A DNA stretch of 64,000 bases from Oikopleura dioica (taxonomy: Eukaryota > Animalia > Chordata), in assembly GCA_907165135.1 (NCBI GenBank), contig OU015566.1, positions 13,454,001 to 13,518,000 on the forward strand. Reading direction: 5' to 3'. Position 1 is the stretch's first letter. The number at the start of each line of letters is the position of its first letter. The translations under genes were made by a program, and so were the position numbers. The notes beneath the pieces were generated by a model, which saw only the letters and a list, made by a program, of their open reading frames with translations, searched no databases and was not told where the DNA came from. Shown here in pieces: positions 1 to 13,427 of this stretch.

Positions 1-563
1 CGTGACAGGAGATGTTTTTTCAATTATCTTCGCTTGTGAATATTTTATGGAATGATATGCTCCAACGCCGTGCTTTATTGACTGTATTTCCTCGCACTTT
101 AGGAGATGCTAAGGAATTCGAGGATAACTTTAGAAGTTACAGGCGATTCGGTGAGTTTACCGGTTACACTGATTTGAGAAATTGATCAATTTTGGACAAA
201 ACATTCGCTTCATAGGATAAGGACTAAAAGGAAGAGTTTCTAATGATAATCAAGGCATTTTTCATGACGCGTGATTCATTTTCTTCGTTTTAGATGAGTC
301 AGATAATCAGAGAGGTCTCGAGATTCCACTCATTTTCGTCGCTGTTGAAAAAGTGTTCATCCTGATTGGACAAGAGCGCTGTTTTTCGGTTTGTGTTGAT
401 TTCATTTTGGCGGCCAGATTTTGGCCAGCAATCACTGAAGTGATCAGAGAATTTCCAAAACTGCAGAGGCTCTAGAGAAAGTCAGGCCATTGCTTACGAG
501 CTTTTTGATGTCACTTACTCTTCGATGTTTTCATTTCTTTACTTTGATTGTTGACTTTCAGAA

Positions 564-1541
564 ATGGGTTTTGGACTGCTCTCTCGCAAGAGGAGAAAAA
601 GCGAAGAGGAAATTCGTCAGGATGAGAAAGCCACTCGTACCCAATTCAATAGTTTTTCCGATTTCCGAAAAGATGGGATTTTGACTGACGTAGTGATTAT
701 TGTTCCTGGACATCCAGAAATAAAAGCTCACAAGATGGTTCTTGCCGCTGCTAGTCCATTTTTTCAAGCAATGTTCAAGGTAAAAAGATCTTTTTTTGCT
801 TAATGAAAATGAGTTTTGGCAGTCTGGCTTGCGCGAATCTTCCTCAGATCGAGTTGAAATGCCGGAAATCGACTACGAAGCAGCCCAAATTCTCGTCGAC
901 TTTGCATACTGCGGTAATTATAAAATCACCGAGGGGAACGTCAGAAACTTGTTGGCTGCCGCCGATTGCTATCAATTCGAAGAGATTAAAAAGAAATGCG
1001 AATCGTTTCTGATCGATATGATCGACGCGGATAACTGCTTCGAACTCGAGAAAATTGGAGACGCAAGGGGTCTATCTCGTCTATCTTCTCAGGCTGGACG
1101 TTTTTCTATGCAAAACTTCGAAGAAGTCATCAAGAGTAAATCTTTTACCGAGCTTTCATTCGAAGGTAAACTTATTAGACTCTGAAGCGATTATGTCATT
1201 TCTACTTTTTAGAGCTAGAAAACTATCTGTGTTACGAGAACGACGGACCCTTGTGTTATTCAGAAGTAACCTTCTACAACGGGATCGTGACATGGATTAA
1301 ATCCGATCTGGAGAAACGCTCTCAATATGCAACGAAACTGTTCGTGAACTGCGTTCGACTCGGCCGAATTCACAAAAACTTCATTTGGGATGTGGTCGAA
1401 AAGGAACCGCTTTTCTCCGATGCCGAATGTAAGGAGCACATTCTTCTTGCATGGAAGTTCAAGGCGTTCTATTACGATGAGGATTCTGATCGCGAGAAGG
1501 AATTCGGCACGATAGGGAAAATTCGCAATGAATTTTGTTAG
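564..1541 (+). CDS. BTB/POZ-BACK domain protein, copy 1 (Kelch-like family without Kelch repeats)
   Basis: Exons 564-780, 823-1165, 1213-1541 joined by GT-AG introns of 42 and 47 bp. BTB motifs TDVVIIV..IKAHKMVLAAASPFFQAMF and NVRNLLAAADCYQFEEIKKKC; BACK-like FYNGIVTWIKSDLEKR. Confidence 0.85.
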
Positions 1542-1630
1542 AAAAACTTCCTTCTGCCATTATTTTTGCTTATCTTATCACGTTTATCAGACAGTTCCTG
1601 TTACTTCGACTTTCAGAAAAGGTTTTTGAA

Positions 1631-2599
1631 ATGAGTTCTCGCAAGAGGAAAAACCGCGGACAAGAAAGTGATCAAGATGAGGAAACAATGCGAAGCCAAT
1701 TCAAGAGTTTTTCCCATTTCCGAAAAGATGGGATTTTGACGGACGTGGTGATTGCTGTTCCTGGACATCCAGAGATAAAGGCTCACAAGATGGTTCTTGC
1801 CGCTGCGAGTCCATTTTTCGAAGCAATGTTCAAGGTAAAAAAGTCTTATCTGCTTTATGATGAGATGAGTTTTAGTCTGGCTTGCGCGAATCTTCCTCTG
1901 ATCGAGTTGAAATGCCGGAAATCGACTACGAAGCAGCACAAATCCTCGTCGACTATGCCTACTGCGGAAATTATAAAATCACCAAGGAGAACGTCAAAAA
2001 CCTGCTGGCTGCTGCCAATTGCTATCAATTCGAAGAGATTAAAGAAAAGTGTGCAAGATTTCTCGTCGATACGATTGATGAGAATAACTGCTTCGAACTC
2101 GAGAAAATTGGAAGAGCAATGGGCCTATTCTCTTTATCTAATCCGGCTGGATGTTTTGCTCTGCAAAACATTGAAAAAATCATCAAGAGCGAGTCTTTCA
2201 CTGCGCTCTCATTCGAAGGTAAACTTATGACACTCTGAAGCGTCTGTAAATTTATTTCTAGAGGTGGATAAATATTTCTCAGCACACTATCTTTTTGCTT
2301 ACAGCGAAGAAATAGTGTACGAAGGGGTTCTCACGTGGATAAAATTCGACCTAAAGGAACGCTCAAAATACGCATCAAAACTGTTTGTTGACCATGTTCG
2401 AGTCGGTCAAATCGACAAAAACTTCATCTGCGACGTCATCGAAAAAGAACCGCTTTTCTCCGACGCCGATTGTTCGAAACACATACTTCTTGCTTGGAAG
2501 TTCAAGGCCTTCTGGCGGAGTGACTCATGCATCCCTTCTGATCTCAGAGATGAATTTGAAAGAATGGGAAAGAGTCGATTTCCCAATGACGTTTATTAG
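1631..2599 (+). CDS. BTB/POZ-BACK domain protein, copy 2 (tandem paralog)
   Basis: Exons 1631-1834, 1876-2218, 2262-2599. Same intron positions and near-identical BTB sequence as copy 1. Confidence 0.85.
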
Positions 2600-2774
2600 A
2601 AAACTTCGCCTGTCGTTTTTCAAGCTGCGATCCTTGCAAACATTCGAAAGAATACTGAATAAAAAAACTGAGTTAATTAATCTCATTTTCATCAATTTTC
2701 TCATCAAAATCACCCCGTATTCATCCGAAAACCGCTTATTCAGAATTCGAGTCGAGTAGAATTTCAGATCTGCT

Positions 2775-2899
2775 CCAATTGGTCGCTGCTGGAAAGTCTT
2801 CTGATTCTATTGGCGCGCCTCTCACTCGCGCCACTTTCAATCCGAGCCGAGCAAAATCAGCGTAAATTCTGTTTTTCAGGATTTTATGAATTTTCCGCG
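2775..2899 (+). promoter_or_regulatory. Candidate cell-cycle promoter elements upstream of ANAPC1 (CCAAT boxes, E2F-like sites)
   Basis: CCAATTGG 2775-2782, ATTGGCGCGC 2809-2818 and TTTTCCGCG 2891-2899 lie just upstream of the ANAPC1 start. Motif match only. Confidence 0.3.
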
Positions 2900-2938
2900 A
2901 GAGATATCCAACTTATGACTGAACCAGATTCAGAGAGA

Positions 2939-5900
2939 ATGCTCAAATGTACAGTAACACCGTATAAACCGTCTGGCAAAGCTCTTGCGTCATCATTTTC
3001 TTGTTTGGATCAAATTTTAAAAGGTACAGTGGTGTAGGTGTACAGGCATTCTATTCTTCACGGATTTATGACAATTTTGCCTTTTAGGTGAATCATCTGA
3101 TGAAAAAATTCTGGAAAAAAGCGAAGAATTCAGCGAGGAAAACCACCTGACGCGGGAAAAAGAAAATGGCCGTCTGGAAGAACTCTTCTGGTCCGGAAAC
3201 GCCTGTGTTTTATCCCGAAAGCGGTGCTTTGGAGAGTGGGAAAGAGTCGAAACCTTCACGCGAAAGACGAAAATACTCAAGGCTCTTTGGGCGAATTTTG
3301 AAACTAAAGGAATCAACGAGGAGTGGATCGTTTTGGTGGAAGAATCGGCTTGTACCTTTATCGCGCCTCAAACGGCTATTGTGCCGGTTCAGGAACGGGT
3401 TAAAATTTTCAAAATATGGAGACAAAGTCAGCGGAGTTCAACGCGAAAATTTTGTTTTTGAGGTTTTTGTGGAGATTCTGTTGTTTTCGAAATTTCAGCC
3501 CCTCAAGGAAAAAACTTTTCCGTTCACCATTCAAAACGTTTTCGAGTTTCAACCAAATACTGGGCTGCTCATTACAGTCAAGAAAAGCCGCAGCCCTTCA
3601 TCTGACCGTCTTTCTTCAGTCTACTTTCTCAAGCACCCAGCTGACGAAATCACACCGATCTGGAGCCATGACTTGTCGCCAATTCGAAAAGCTCAGCGTA
3701 TCATCTGGACCGGCTGCGACAAGACTAAACAAAAACTGGTCTGTTTCCAGACCGGGACCGCCCATCGACTGGCGACCCTAGATCGACTGACAGACGAAGA
3801 AAAGCTGATCGCAGAACAGATCGTCGAAAACAACGCTCTGCCTGGCTTTTACTTCGACGGAACAATCAACAACACGACAAATCAAAATCAAAACACGAAA
3901 ACTTCAAAACTAGTCACTCCAAAAGGCCCTCGGCGAGCAGGTCTTCACAGGCAGCAAAAATTATTCGGAACTCCAAAGGATATTCCCTCACCGATGCATT
4001 CCAGGAGATCTTCACTCGACCGGCCTCTTAGTAGAAGACAGTCTACGCTTACTACTCATCGTCTTTTGCCGCGCCAGAACTTGAGTCTTTCTTATTCCCG
4101 ATTCATGGAAGAAACAGTCACTTCCAATCCTGACGCAGCTCTGTGCCTCGTTCGCCCTCGTCTTCTAGCCCGACCTGCTTACGAAGAAGTCTCCTTTCTA
4201 TCCCCGCCCGTGTCTGAAATTTTCATCTCTCGAGATCTCTTCAACAACGAATTCTTCGTATTCCCTTCACAAAACGCTACAGAACTCCTAAACCTATTCA
4301 CAGGAGAGAGGTTCAGAATAGAAGGCCTTGCTTCCGTCGCCAAAATTGACAAGTACATCGCCCGGCTTGGCACAAAAGGAGTCGTCGAAATGTTCAGCGG
4401 ACCGCTTCTCACCATGTCGATAAATATTCCAGATTTGGCGGTGCGGGAAAATGTGTTTTCAACAACAGTAGCGATGGATACTCCAGATGTGAAGCAACAA
4501 CCAAGCACGATGACAGAAAGTACACCAGTAATTGCAGGACGACATCTACCAAAAAGTATTAGTTTTCTATTCTTCGATTAAACCTCATAAGAAATCGTAG
4601 AAAACCAGTAATAAGACAGTCAGGATTGGTAGCTCCGACGACAACATTTTCACCTCTCACTCCTGGATTAGATTTGCGGCGGTCATTATCACAGGATACA
4701 ACAATTACTCCGCGAAAAGAAGAGCTCACTGAGAAAATAGCATCACACGGCAACTCATCACTAAAAGTCACACTTGCCGATGGCTCTTGCCAAATCATTT
4801 CAGGGACTGGTTAGAATTCAAAGTCAGTTTTCTTTTCAATATCAGTAGATGCTCTTTTTCTAACCACGAAAAGTTCGCCTACAGAAAGACTCTATGCGCA
4901 TTATAAGACGGACATTTGAGCTTGTTATCCAGTACTTTTCGAGAAAAGAAGCGCTGAAGATCTACTCCGACTGGCTTATTTACCGTTCTTCGTTTTCAGA
5001 TAACCGGGCTTATACTCACTTTTTGGACTTTATACAGGAGTTATTAGCGGAAGACTCAGGAATGGATTGAAATCAACGAAGAGATCAACCCTTTTTTTAA
5101 ATCTGAAAATCCATCGAAAGCGTCTGACATGCCAGTTGATAAGAAACAAACGAGACAAGCAGAAGAAATACTGAAAGTAGCGAACAATGCGCTAAAATTT
5201 TGGCCTCGATCTTTCGTCGAAAGTGTTCTACCGATAGATAACGACGAGTTCAAGCCTGAGGTGAAGCCGTCTGGGAAGCATAAAGAGTTCTATCGAGTGC
5301 TTTTCTTGGTCCAGGAAGAAATGAGCATATTGGGTTTCGAGGGAAAACGAGTGAAACGATTGAGAAAGTTGTTGGAGAAACTCGCTTATTCAGAAGACTT
5401 CCGGGAGCATTTCAGCGCTGAGAGAAAAGATCGATTAAAAAGACAGATTCCATCGAAGATTCCGAATGTTCAAGACTGTCTTCTAGCTCTCATGCGCAAG
5501 GAGAGTAAAATTATGGCTCTACCCGTCGACATCAATTCTCCACTGTTTCTCCTGGTTTGTCTTTACGGTGCAGCGTTCATGGGTTACGATCCTCGCCAAA
5601 CACGGAACAACTTGTTAACCGACTATCGAGATTTCATTACGCTTGGAAACGCAACCGAGATACCAGTAGTTGCTTCTCAATATGGAGACAGCAAAAGTGT
5701 CAAGCTGAGATTTCTCGCTGATGTTTGCAGCATCTGCAGTCCAGCAGATTGGGACTCTTTTTCGCCAGCCATCAAACTTCCAATCAACATCCTTCTTGAT
5801 GAAATCCGCGATCCAGAAATGACATGGAATTACAGTAGCCGGCGATTGCTGAATCTCAAATACATACTCGGCTTTGTTGAAGAAGAAAACGATCTTGAGC

Positions 5901-8870
5901 CTCTGTCTATCGATGGTGATCCTTCTTATCCTAAGGAAACTGTGGTTGTTCAAACCTGGGACGGAATGGACTGTCTCAAGCCCACAAATGACTGGATGAT
6001 CAAATTGTTTCCGGAAGATCTTCGAACAAGTGTCGCCGCTAGTCTTTTAAACTCATCGCTCCCTGTTCTTGGCAAAAACGTCATTGATCAAGCCAATGCA
6101 GAAAATATGATGGCAAACGCGGAGCCTCGACTCCGCCAGGTCTCCCGTCGAACTGTAGCTCGTACTGTTGGCAGAGGATTAGCCACACTTGCTACTCATC
6201 GTCAGATGTCCCTGCAAAGCATTCGCTATCCGAAAATCGACCTGTCGATGCGACTCACTGCTGGTTTCTCCGATCCGAATCTTCTAGCCAACATGCCGAC
6301 AACGCCAGATGGCGGTACTTTATGGGACATTTATCCTCAGTTCAACAATGCAGTGGCAACCACGCTTTCTCTAGCAGATAATTTGCCTTTGGAAGGCGAG
6401 GTACTGACGATTCCAAAAGGGGAAGAAGACGAAGTTCCGTCATGCCGAGATCTTGCTACACTTTCCGGCGCGATCTTGGGTCTTGGTCTTCGTGGGTACT
6501 TGAACAATGAGCCAAATCTCATGTATCTTTCCTACATGTCTGGTCCCTTCAGCCACATGATCTTCATGGCTTCCGCTGTCTTTATCGGCTATTGCTGCAA
6601 TCCGAAAATGCAGGGAACACAGGATCTGGCTCTCACGAGACTTCTCTCCCTCCATCTTCCGTTTTTGATGCCCGAAGCCCAAGAAGAAGACAATCGAGCG
6701 ACAATTTCCGTGATGATCCAGTATTCCGCTATTATCTCACTCGGCTTTCTCCACAAAAAATCTTTGAATCAACGGTTCGCCAAGCTCCTTCTCGAGCAGA
6801 TCGACAGCTCAATGCCAAATGATAAGGATCATCCAAAGCATTGCTACCGAGAAGCTTACGCCACAATGTCTGGCTGCGCTCTTGGATTGATTTTGCAAGG
6901 AAGTGGACCAGAGTTTGATGAAATCGCTCAAGAATTAAGACCTTTGAGCGGCTGCGGTCCTGAAGTGATCGGAGAGGAAAAAGTCACCAGAACCAGCATC
7001 GAGGGTTGCAAAAACAACACTTGGGTAACAGCGGCGGGAGGTATTTCTGCACTTGCTCTTGCGTTCCTTGGAACCGGAAATGAGGTTGTAACTGATTGGC
7101 TGACTGTACCGAACTCGGATCTGGCTCTTTCAAAGCTTAGACCGGTCAATATTGTTCTCATGTCTACCGCCATCGGAATGATCAATCTCGACACGATCGA
7201 GCCGTCGGAAAATTGGATTGAGAGCTTGAAACCGGCGATTGTAAAAGAACATGGTTTCAATGAGAAAACCTTTGAAATATTTACAGATGCGGAGAAGACA
7301 AAATATCGACCCAAGCAACCGTATTTCAGCAAGATCAATGTTGATTTCCCTGTAAGTTTTCTAAAGATTTTCAATTTTTCATTGTGTATCTAGCATCGAG
7401 CTGCATGCGATGTTGCAATCACCAGTGGCGCTATTTTCGCTTTGGGCCTGAAATTCATGGGCACGCAGAATCAAAAAGCCGCGGAAATTATGAAAAAGAC
7501 CGCTGAAAAGTGGCTGAAACTTTCAGTCATGTGCCATCCGGATCTTATGAGCTCTGCATTCATCCACCACTGTATTGGTACTGTTGTCCTTTCTTGGTCG
7601 ATGGTGAGAGCAGGGAGTGGGGATGTGGATTGCTTGAGAATGTGCCGCCAACTCAGTAAGATTCTTCCAGAAGAAGTCAACTTCGGGTTGCATCTCGCGA
7701 CCTGTCAAGCAATCGGATTCCTCTTCCTTGGCGGCTGCAAAATGTCTCTCAAGCGAGACCACGATTCGATCGCCACAATGTTCGTTGCCCTCATGCCCAA
7801 GTATCCCGCCTCCGTCCGCGACAACTCCCAGTACGTTTGGATCCTCCGTCATCTAGCCGCCCTCTGCGTTGAATTCCGCGCTTGCATCCCCCAAATGAGC
7901 GATGGTTACATTTGTCGCGACTCAACTGCCACCGTACTTTATAAAAACGGCGAGAAAGAGGTTGTAAAAATGCCTGGAGTTCTACCACCACTCGAGAATG
8001 TAGAAAAAGTGACGATCAGAGGAAGTGTTGGAAGTTACCAATGCTTTCCGCTTGTACTTCGACCAGAGCAGCTTCGAGAAGTGTTTGTTAATGATGGAAA
8101 GGTGCTGATGAAACGAGAATGCGAGGCGGCTCTGATTAAAGATCTCAAAGATGAGGTAAGACTTTTATGAAACGCTAAGTTCTAAAAAGTAAAATTAAGG
8201 CTAACCCGGAAGCTAGAAAAGAAAATATCCTCGAAGAAGAGAAAAAGTGCGATTGGTGGTTTTCAATGGATCACATCAAGAAGCCAGTGAAGGATAGTCG
8301 AGTGAAGCTACCGAAGGAATTTGGCGACGTCTGGAAAGAAAATCAAGGCTCCAAAGAAAGCGCCGAAGAAGATAAGAAGGGCAAGAAAATCCTGAAAGCC
8401 AAGCGACGAAACTTCGCGTCGTTTCTCGAATCAGTTCCTGAGCCAGCGATGCTTCAATCCGATCTGAGCAAGGAGCTGGAATCCATCATCAGGCTTGAAA
8501 ACAAATCGCCGAATGACAACGCTTATTTGGAACTGTACACGGCGCTTGCTTATCAACCAAAAGTTCTTTACATGGACTTGCTCGAGCATGGTATGATCTA
8601 TTTTTATAGAGCTGTTACGATTTTATATTTGTAGTCATCGACAATATGGAAGCCAAAAATCTTCGAAAAGGCATGCTTGAGTCGCTTCTCAAGAGAACAG
8701 AACCGAGCGAACAGCAACCCACTGCCAGAGAAGCCCAAATTCGTCAACTCGCTGCTATGTTTTCCGCAGATATGAAGCTTCCAGTCGAACCTTCGACGAA
8801 AGCAGTCCCGACGATTCCTGACAAGTTCTTCAACAGCTGGGAAAGCTTCAAAGATCGCGGACTTTACTAA
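2939..8870 (+). CDS. ANAPC1: Anaphase-promoting complex subunit 1
   Basis: Multi-exon; approximate exons 2939-3023, 3088-3398, 3499-4556, ~4608-4811, ~4874-5007, 5048-7351, 7394-8155, 8200-8590, 8635-8870. APC1 motifs: EELFWSGN, KALWANF, FLKHPADEITPI, EPRLRQVSRRTVARTVGRG, ALGLKFMGT, VNFGLHLATCQAIGFLFLGG, DNSQYVWILRHL. An in-frame upstream ATG exists at 2915. Confidence 0.93.
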
Positions 8871-9138
8871 TTTAACTATTTCACTTGCCATTTATCAACT
8901 ACTTACATGTTCCCAAATGAAAAGTTCAAATACAACACAGAAATCAAATCCCATTCTCTTCCTTTCGTTGAAATAATTAGTTTGAAAGCCCCAAGCCACT
9001 ATAATCACTCAATAAAGGTGAGAATCCGCATCATCTGTTGTGACAACTTTTTAATCTTTCTGAACCTGATTTTGATAAAAAAATTTTTTGTGGGATATAT
9101 TTTATACACAAGATAGAGAAAGAAAGTTACGGTAGATA

Positions 9139-9749
9139 ATGCCACTAGAAGTAACGAGAGGACCAAGAATGAGGGGCAAGAGTTCTTTCGCAGCAGGAGC
9201 GGCGAAGAATTTGGGAATTATTGTCAAGACGACAGCTTCTTCCAGGAAATGGATTTTTTATTTTATTTCTTGAAATCAAGACAATGTGCTAAATATGTGG
9301 TTTCGTTTTAATCTCACTTTTCCTGAAACTCGAATAATGTTTAAAAATCCATAAAAAGCTCAAGTTATGGTTCCGATTCTTCCCGCCGCGACCGAATGCT
9401 CCGTCACTACACCTCCATTGCCGAAACCGGAGTTTCATTCAAAGACAGAAAAGCCCAACGATCATCAATGACTGTAACAGATGCAGAAGTCCAAGCAGCG
9501 TTACCGCCAACTCGCCTGGGACTGCGATCAACAATGAGTATCCCTACTCAAGTCGATTCGCGATCGTATTCGCGAAAAGGGCAAACGACGCAAGTTGGTT
9601 CAAATTTGACTGGATCCAATGTTGAGAAAAGAAGCGCGAATTATACAGTCAGTTCTGGTTATTCGGAAATTCCATCTTACATGAGCGACAAGCAGATACA
9701 ACGAATCGCAAATGATCCGATTGCTAGTTTGAAGAAAACGAGTTTTTAA
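9139..9749 (+). CDS. Hypothetical Ser/Thr-rich protein, about 163 aa
   Basis: Exon 9139-9245 joins exon 9365-9749 in frame through a phase-2 GA-AG intron (AG|GAAATG). No family recognised. Confidence 0.45.
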
Positions 9750-9962
9750 AAAGCAATAACGAAACTTTTTTATCGCCGAAGTTTGTTCTGTCCTTTGATT
9801 GGTCGGTTGGATGAATCAGTGATTTTGATTGGCTGAAATTTCGGACGAAACTTTAATCATCGATTTTTGACCTTTCGTCCTCTAATAGTGCTGAAATTCG
9901 TGTTTATCAACGAAGATGAATAACAGTCGCATCTAAAATTATCAATATTATCTTGATTAAAA

Positions 9963-10172
9963 ACTCGTGACAAGTACGGCCCAGCGATTAAAGAATTCGC
10001 GAGCCGCAAGACAGCTCCCATCGCCATCGAACTTGAAGACATGCGCGCCGTCAAACAAAAGATGCGCGACGAGTACCAAACACGATTGAAAATGGAGTCG
10101 ATTCACGATGAGGAGCCTAGGAGCAGTGTTGTCAATTCAACGTGGCGAGAGTTGGAAATTATCGTTTTACAA
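9963..10172 (+). CDS. Probable exon (TRDKYGPAIKEF...ELEIIVLQ), possibly a 5' exon of the ankyrin/SOCS-box gene
   Basis: Open coding-like frame ending at a phase-0 GT donor that is compatible with the acceptor at 10448. Start codon unresolved. Confidence 0.3.
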
Positions 10173-10448
10173 GTAACCGTGTTATGATATTTTTCTTAGA
10201 CTTGGTTTGTTTTCAGAGGGAACAACATTAGACCGGTGGTAATCATTAAATTTTGAAACGTCGCTAGAAACCTTGTCCTTATCATAAATACTAAGATAGG
10301 TATGAAATGCGCATCTTTCAAAAAATTAAAGATTCTGATTGGAAAATGACGAAATTCGGGAAATCTGATTGGCTATTTTTCACAGCGGATTTTTTGACCG
10401 AAGATATGTCCTCTCGTTCGAAATCGATTAGCCAAATTCTAGCGGTAG

Positions 10449-11962
10449 ATCTCTTCATTTGATAACTCTGCCAGCAGTCATTCCGAAATCGACCTTGGCA
10501 AAGAGGACTTCGAAGACTACTTTGCTTCAAAAAGCGCGGAGGAACTCCAGCGCGAATACGAAATCGCCTCTTTAGCTCGAGAAGTCAGGGAGAAAAAGGA
10601 AAAGCAGCTCGCTCAGCGAACGCCGAATGAAGAACTCGACGACTGGTTGTTTCCACGTGACTCGACGTTTATCAAAGCGTACTGGAAGAAAAACCCAGAA
10701 ACGTTCAAGCGGCACACGTGCTCGGGAAACATCGATGTGAGGATGAAGATGAATGATGCAATTAGCCACGCAGCTGAAATCGGCGACACGGAGATTCTAG
10801 AGGTCCTACTCGATCACTCTGGCGTCAGTTCTGCCGAAGCAAGGATCGATGAAGCTGGCAAGCAGCGGATCATGGAGCTTCTGGACGGGGAAGACGCTTC
10901 AACAGGAATGTTCAGTTCAACAGCGCTACACAAAGCTGCTTATCGGTAATCCTTCAAGTGCCTTTTTTCCACTATCTCTCCTTCCTCCATTATTATCGAG
11001 ACTACTTATGACGTGAAATTTTCATTTTCAAAAGTTACCAATTTCGCACATTCTAGCGGCAAGTACGACATGGTCAGGCTGCTCCTCAAACTCGGCTGCG
11101 ATCCCAATCTGCAGGGAAAATCAATGGACACACGTGGCGGGGCGACCGCGCTGGATTCTTGCATTTTTGGACTTTCGTCAAGCGGTTCACACATTTCAAG
11201 GGGTACACCCTTAATACTTTCGTTGCCAACCGCTGAAAAGACCATTCCCCCTGACGTTGGAAAATACGCCACTGCCATGAATCGCCTAGATTACTTCGAG
11301 GACCATTTTAAGGTCCTCCTTTATCTAATAGGTACACACTCACTGTACTGTCCACCTTACAGTCAAACCTCAAGTGCAATACGCAATATCAAAACAAAGC
11401 CTTTTAGCCGGCGGGGCCAAACCAGAACTGTCAATGTGCAATGGTCTCCAGGGCGGAATCTTCTACCAGATCTTTCAAAACATTCTCGAAAACTTGAAGC
11501 CCAATCACATTCCGAGCATTTCCGCCAGATTACAGTACGACCTCGTTGTCGTTTTCGAGGCTCTATGGAACTGCGGGTAACCTATCTAAAATGGAAGAAA
11601 TCCTTTATTAAATTCTTATCAGCTATCGAATTACAGAAGATGTCCTTATCGAAGCTGGAGAAGAGTATAACTGGGTGAACAGCTTGGAGATGGTCAAGAA
11701 GATGATCCAGGTTCGTCTTACATTGTTGATGAAGATGAGAAGTGTTTGATTTCAGGTCAAGGGAAGAGAAGTGATGTCCTTATCGGAACTTGCTCGCAAC
11801 GCGTCAAGAGGAGTCTTGCGTGGTAGTCTCGCGATGAATCAAATTCCAAAGGTATCAACATACAAGCGTCTTTTCCAGGACAAAAAAGGGAGGGAGGCAA
11901 TAATTGGTTACTCTTTTGATGTCTACATGTTAACTTGTTGTAACAATATGTATCCATTATGA
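10449..11962 (+). CDS. Ankyrin repeat and SOCS-box (ASB-like) protein; 5' end uncertain
   Basis: Ankyrin motifs AISHAAEIGDTEILEVLLDH and TALHKAAYRGKYDMVRLLLKLGCDPN. C-terminal SOCS/BC-box-like MSLSELARNASRGVLRG. Exons join in frame via short GT-AG introns (e.g. 10946-11056). Confidence 0.75.
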
Positions 11963-12399
11963 TGAAAACGAACTAGAACTTGGCCAACGTGACTTTGTGG
12001 TCAATCATAAACAAGGGAGGAAGCGCCTTCCCGGGCTGCGGACATACCTTTGGCCCCAAAGGCCCCAGAGGCCCCAGTTCAAACAACAATTTCATCAAGA
12101 AAGCGCTGTTGATCATTGTTTTTGTTCAGTGGATCCCGTACAGAATGCGCCGCTGGATCGCGTTTGGAGAGCTTTACGAAATTCCAATGTAAATTTTGAA
12201 ATTTTTTACAGGAACTTCTGTTTATGTTGTAAAAAAACCTTGTTCAAAATTTTTGTAAATAAAGATGTTACAATCAAGTTTTTCAAAAGGGATTTTCGGC
12301 CAATAAAAATCCTTAATTATATATATTCGGAACATTCCTGGACATTCAGGGAAATTCGGGTACATAACAAGCTACTATCGACTAACTGAAGCAGAGTTT

Positions 12400-12655
12400 G
12401 AAATGCTCGCAAATGCTCGCGAGCGAAAAGAGCGAGAGCAAAAATTTGTCATTGCTCTGAGAGCAGGGGAGCGGGATCATGAAAATGAGTTGGCTCGAGA
12501 GCCAAAAGAGCACGAGCCCAAATCTGAACCCGCTCGCGAGCGCAGAGAGCACGAGCGCATATGTCGGCAATGCTCGGGAGCTAGACGAGCGGGAGCGGCT
12601 GCTCTCGTGCTCGCCATGGAATTGACTCACGAGCGGCTCGCGAGCAAAATTAAAA
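12400..12655. repeat. Degenerate GAGC/GCTC-rich array
   Basis: Dense GAGCG, GCTCGCGAGC and GAGAGC motifs. Confidence 0.7.
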
Positions 12656-12884
12656 GAATAATTTTTTCGCATAATTATTCACTTTCATAAATAAATTTCT
12701 TTGAGGATCTATTTTTGGTGTTTTTGGTTTTATGTAAGCTTCATTAGGTCCGTAATCTCGGTAGCAGAATGCGAAAAGCCGAGAGTAAACAGATAAAACA
12801 TGCCCACCGCGAGGTGCTAACTCCTGTGAGAGGGACTCATATGGAATTAGTCACGGGGCCGCCGAATCATTTGAAGCCCTAGAA

Positions 12885-13092
12885 AGCTGCTCGCGAGTCA
12901 GTTTTTTCAGCCCGAGAGCCGATCGAGCGAGAGCACAATTCGACCAGTGCTCGAGAGCCAAGAGAGCGAGAGCGCGAAATGAAATGCGCTCGCGAGCGCA
13001 AAGAGCGCGAACTCTGAAATAAATGTGCTCGGGAGCACAAAGAGCATCATGCTCGTGCTCGCTCGCTCTCAAGTGAGCCGCTCGCGAGTCAC
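12885..13092. repeat. Second degenerate GAGC/GCTC-rich array
   Basis: Same motifs. Its end GTGAGCCGCTCGCGAGTC is an inverted match to GACTCACGAGCGGCTCGC at the end of the first array. Confidence 0.7.
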
Positions 13093-13427
13093 GAAAATTT
13101 CAAACTCTGAACTGAAGAACAAAAAAGAATTAAGTGAAAAACAAATTCACAAATAATTATTTTGTACATCAATGTCCTAATACATAAGCTCCTAATTAAA
13201 ATCAAGTAGCCGCTTCCGGGCTTTCAATAAAGGCCAAAGTTTAACCCTGTTTTCCGTAACGTCTAACATGTTATCCGCCACAACACAACTTTACTAAGCC
13301 GCAATCTTAGTCTAATTAAATTCATCCCAAACTTTGAAACTTTCTTCCTCTTTTTACAAATTTGATCCTCTTATCATAATTTTATATCGAGTGTGTTTAT
13401 GTGTCCTCCCGTGTTCGGCGCGATGGG

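Noticed and set aside
1-360. Coding-like minus-strand frame running off the left edge
   Set aside because: Too short and interrupted to call without flanking sequence.
11980-12192. 70-aa ORF with GPKGPRGP collagen-like triplets; the opposite strand shows an in-frame TGA suggestive of selenocysteine
   Set aside because: Only three G-X-Y triplets, symmetrical on both strands; no selenoprotein motif or SECIS recognised; coding strand undecidable.
12382-13072. E/R/A-rich ORFs in the GAGC arrays
   Set aside because: Stop-poor repeat sequence with no splice or protein-family support.
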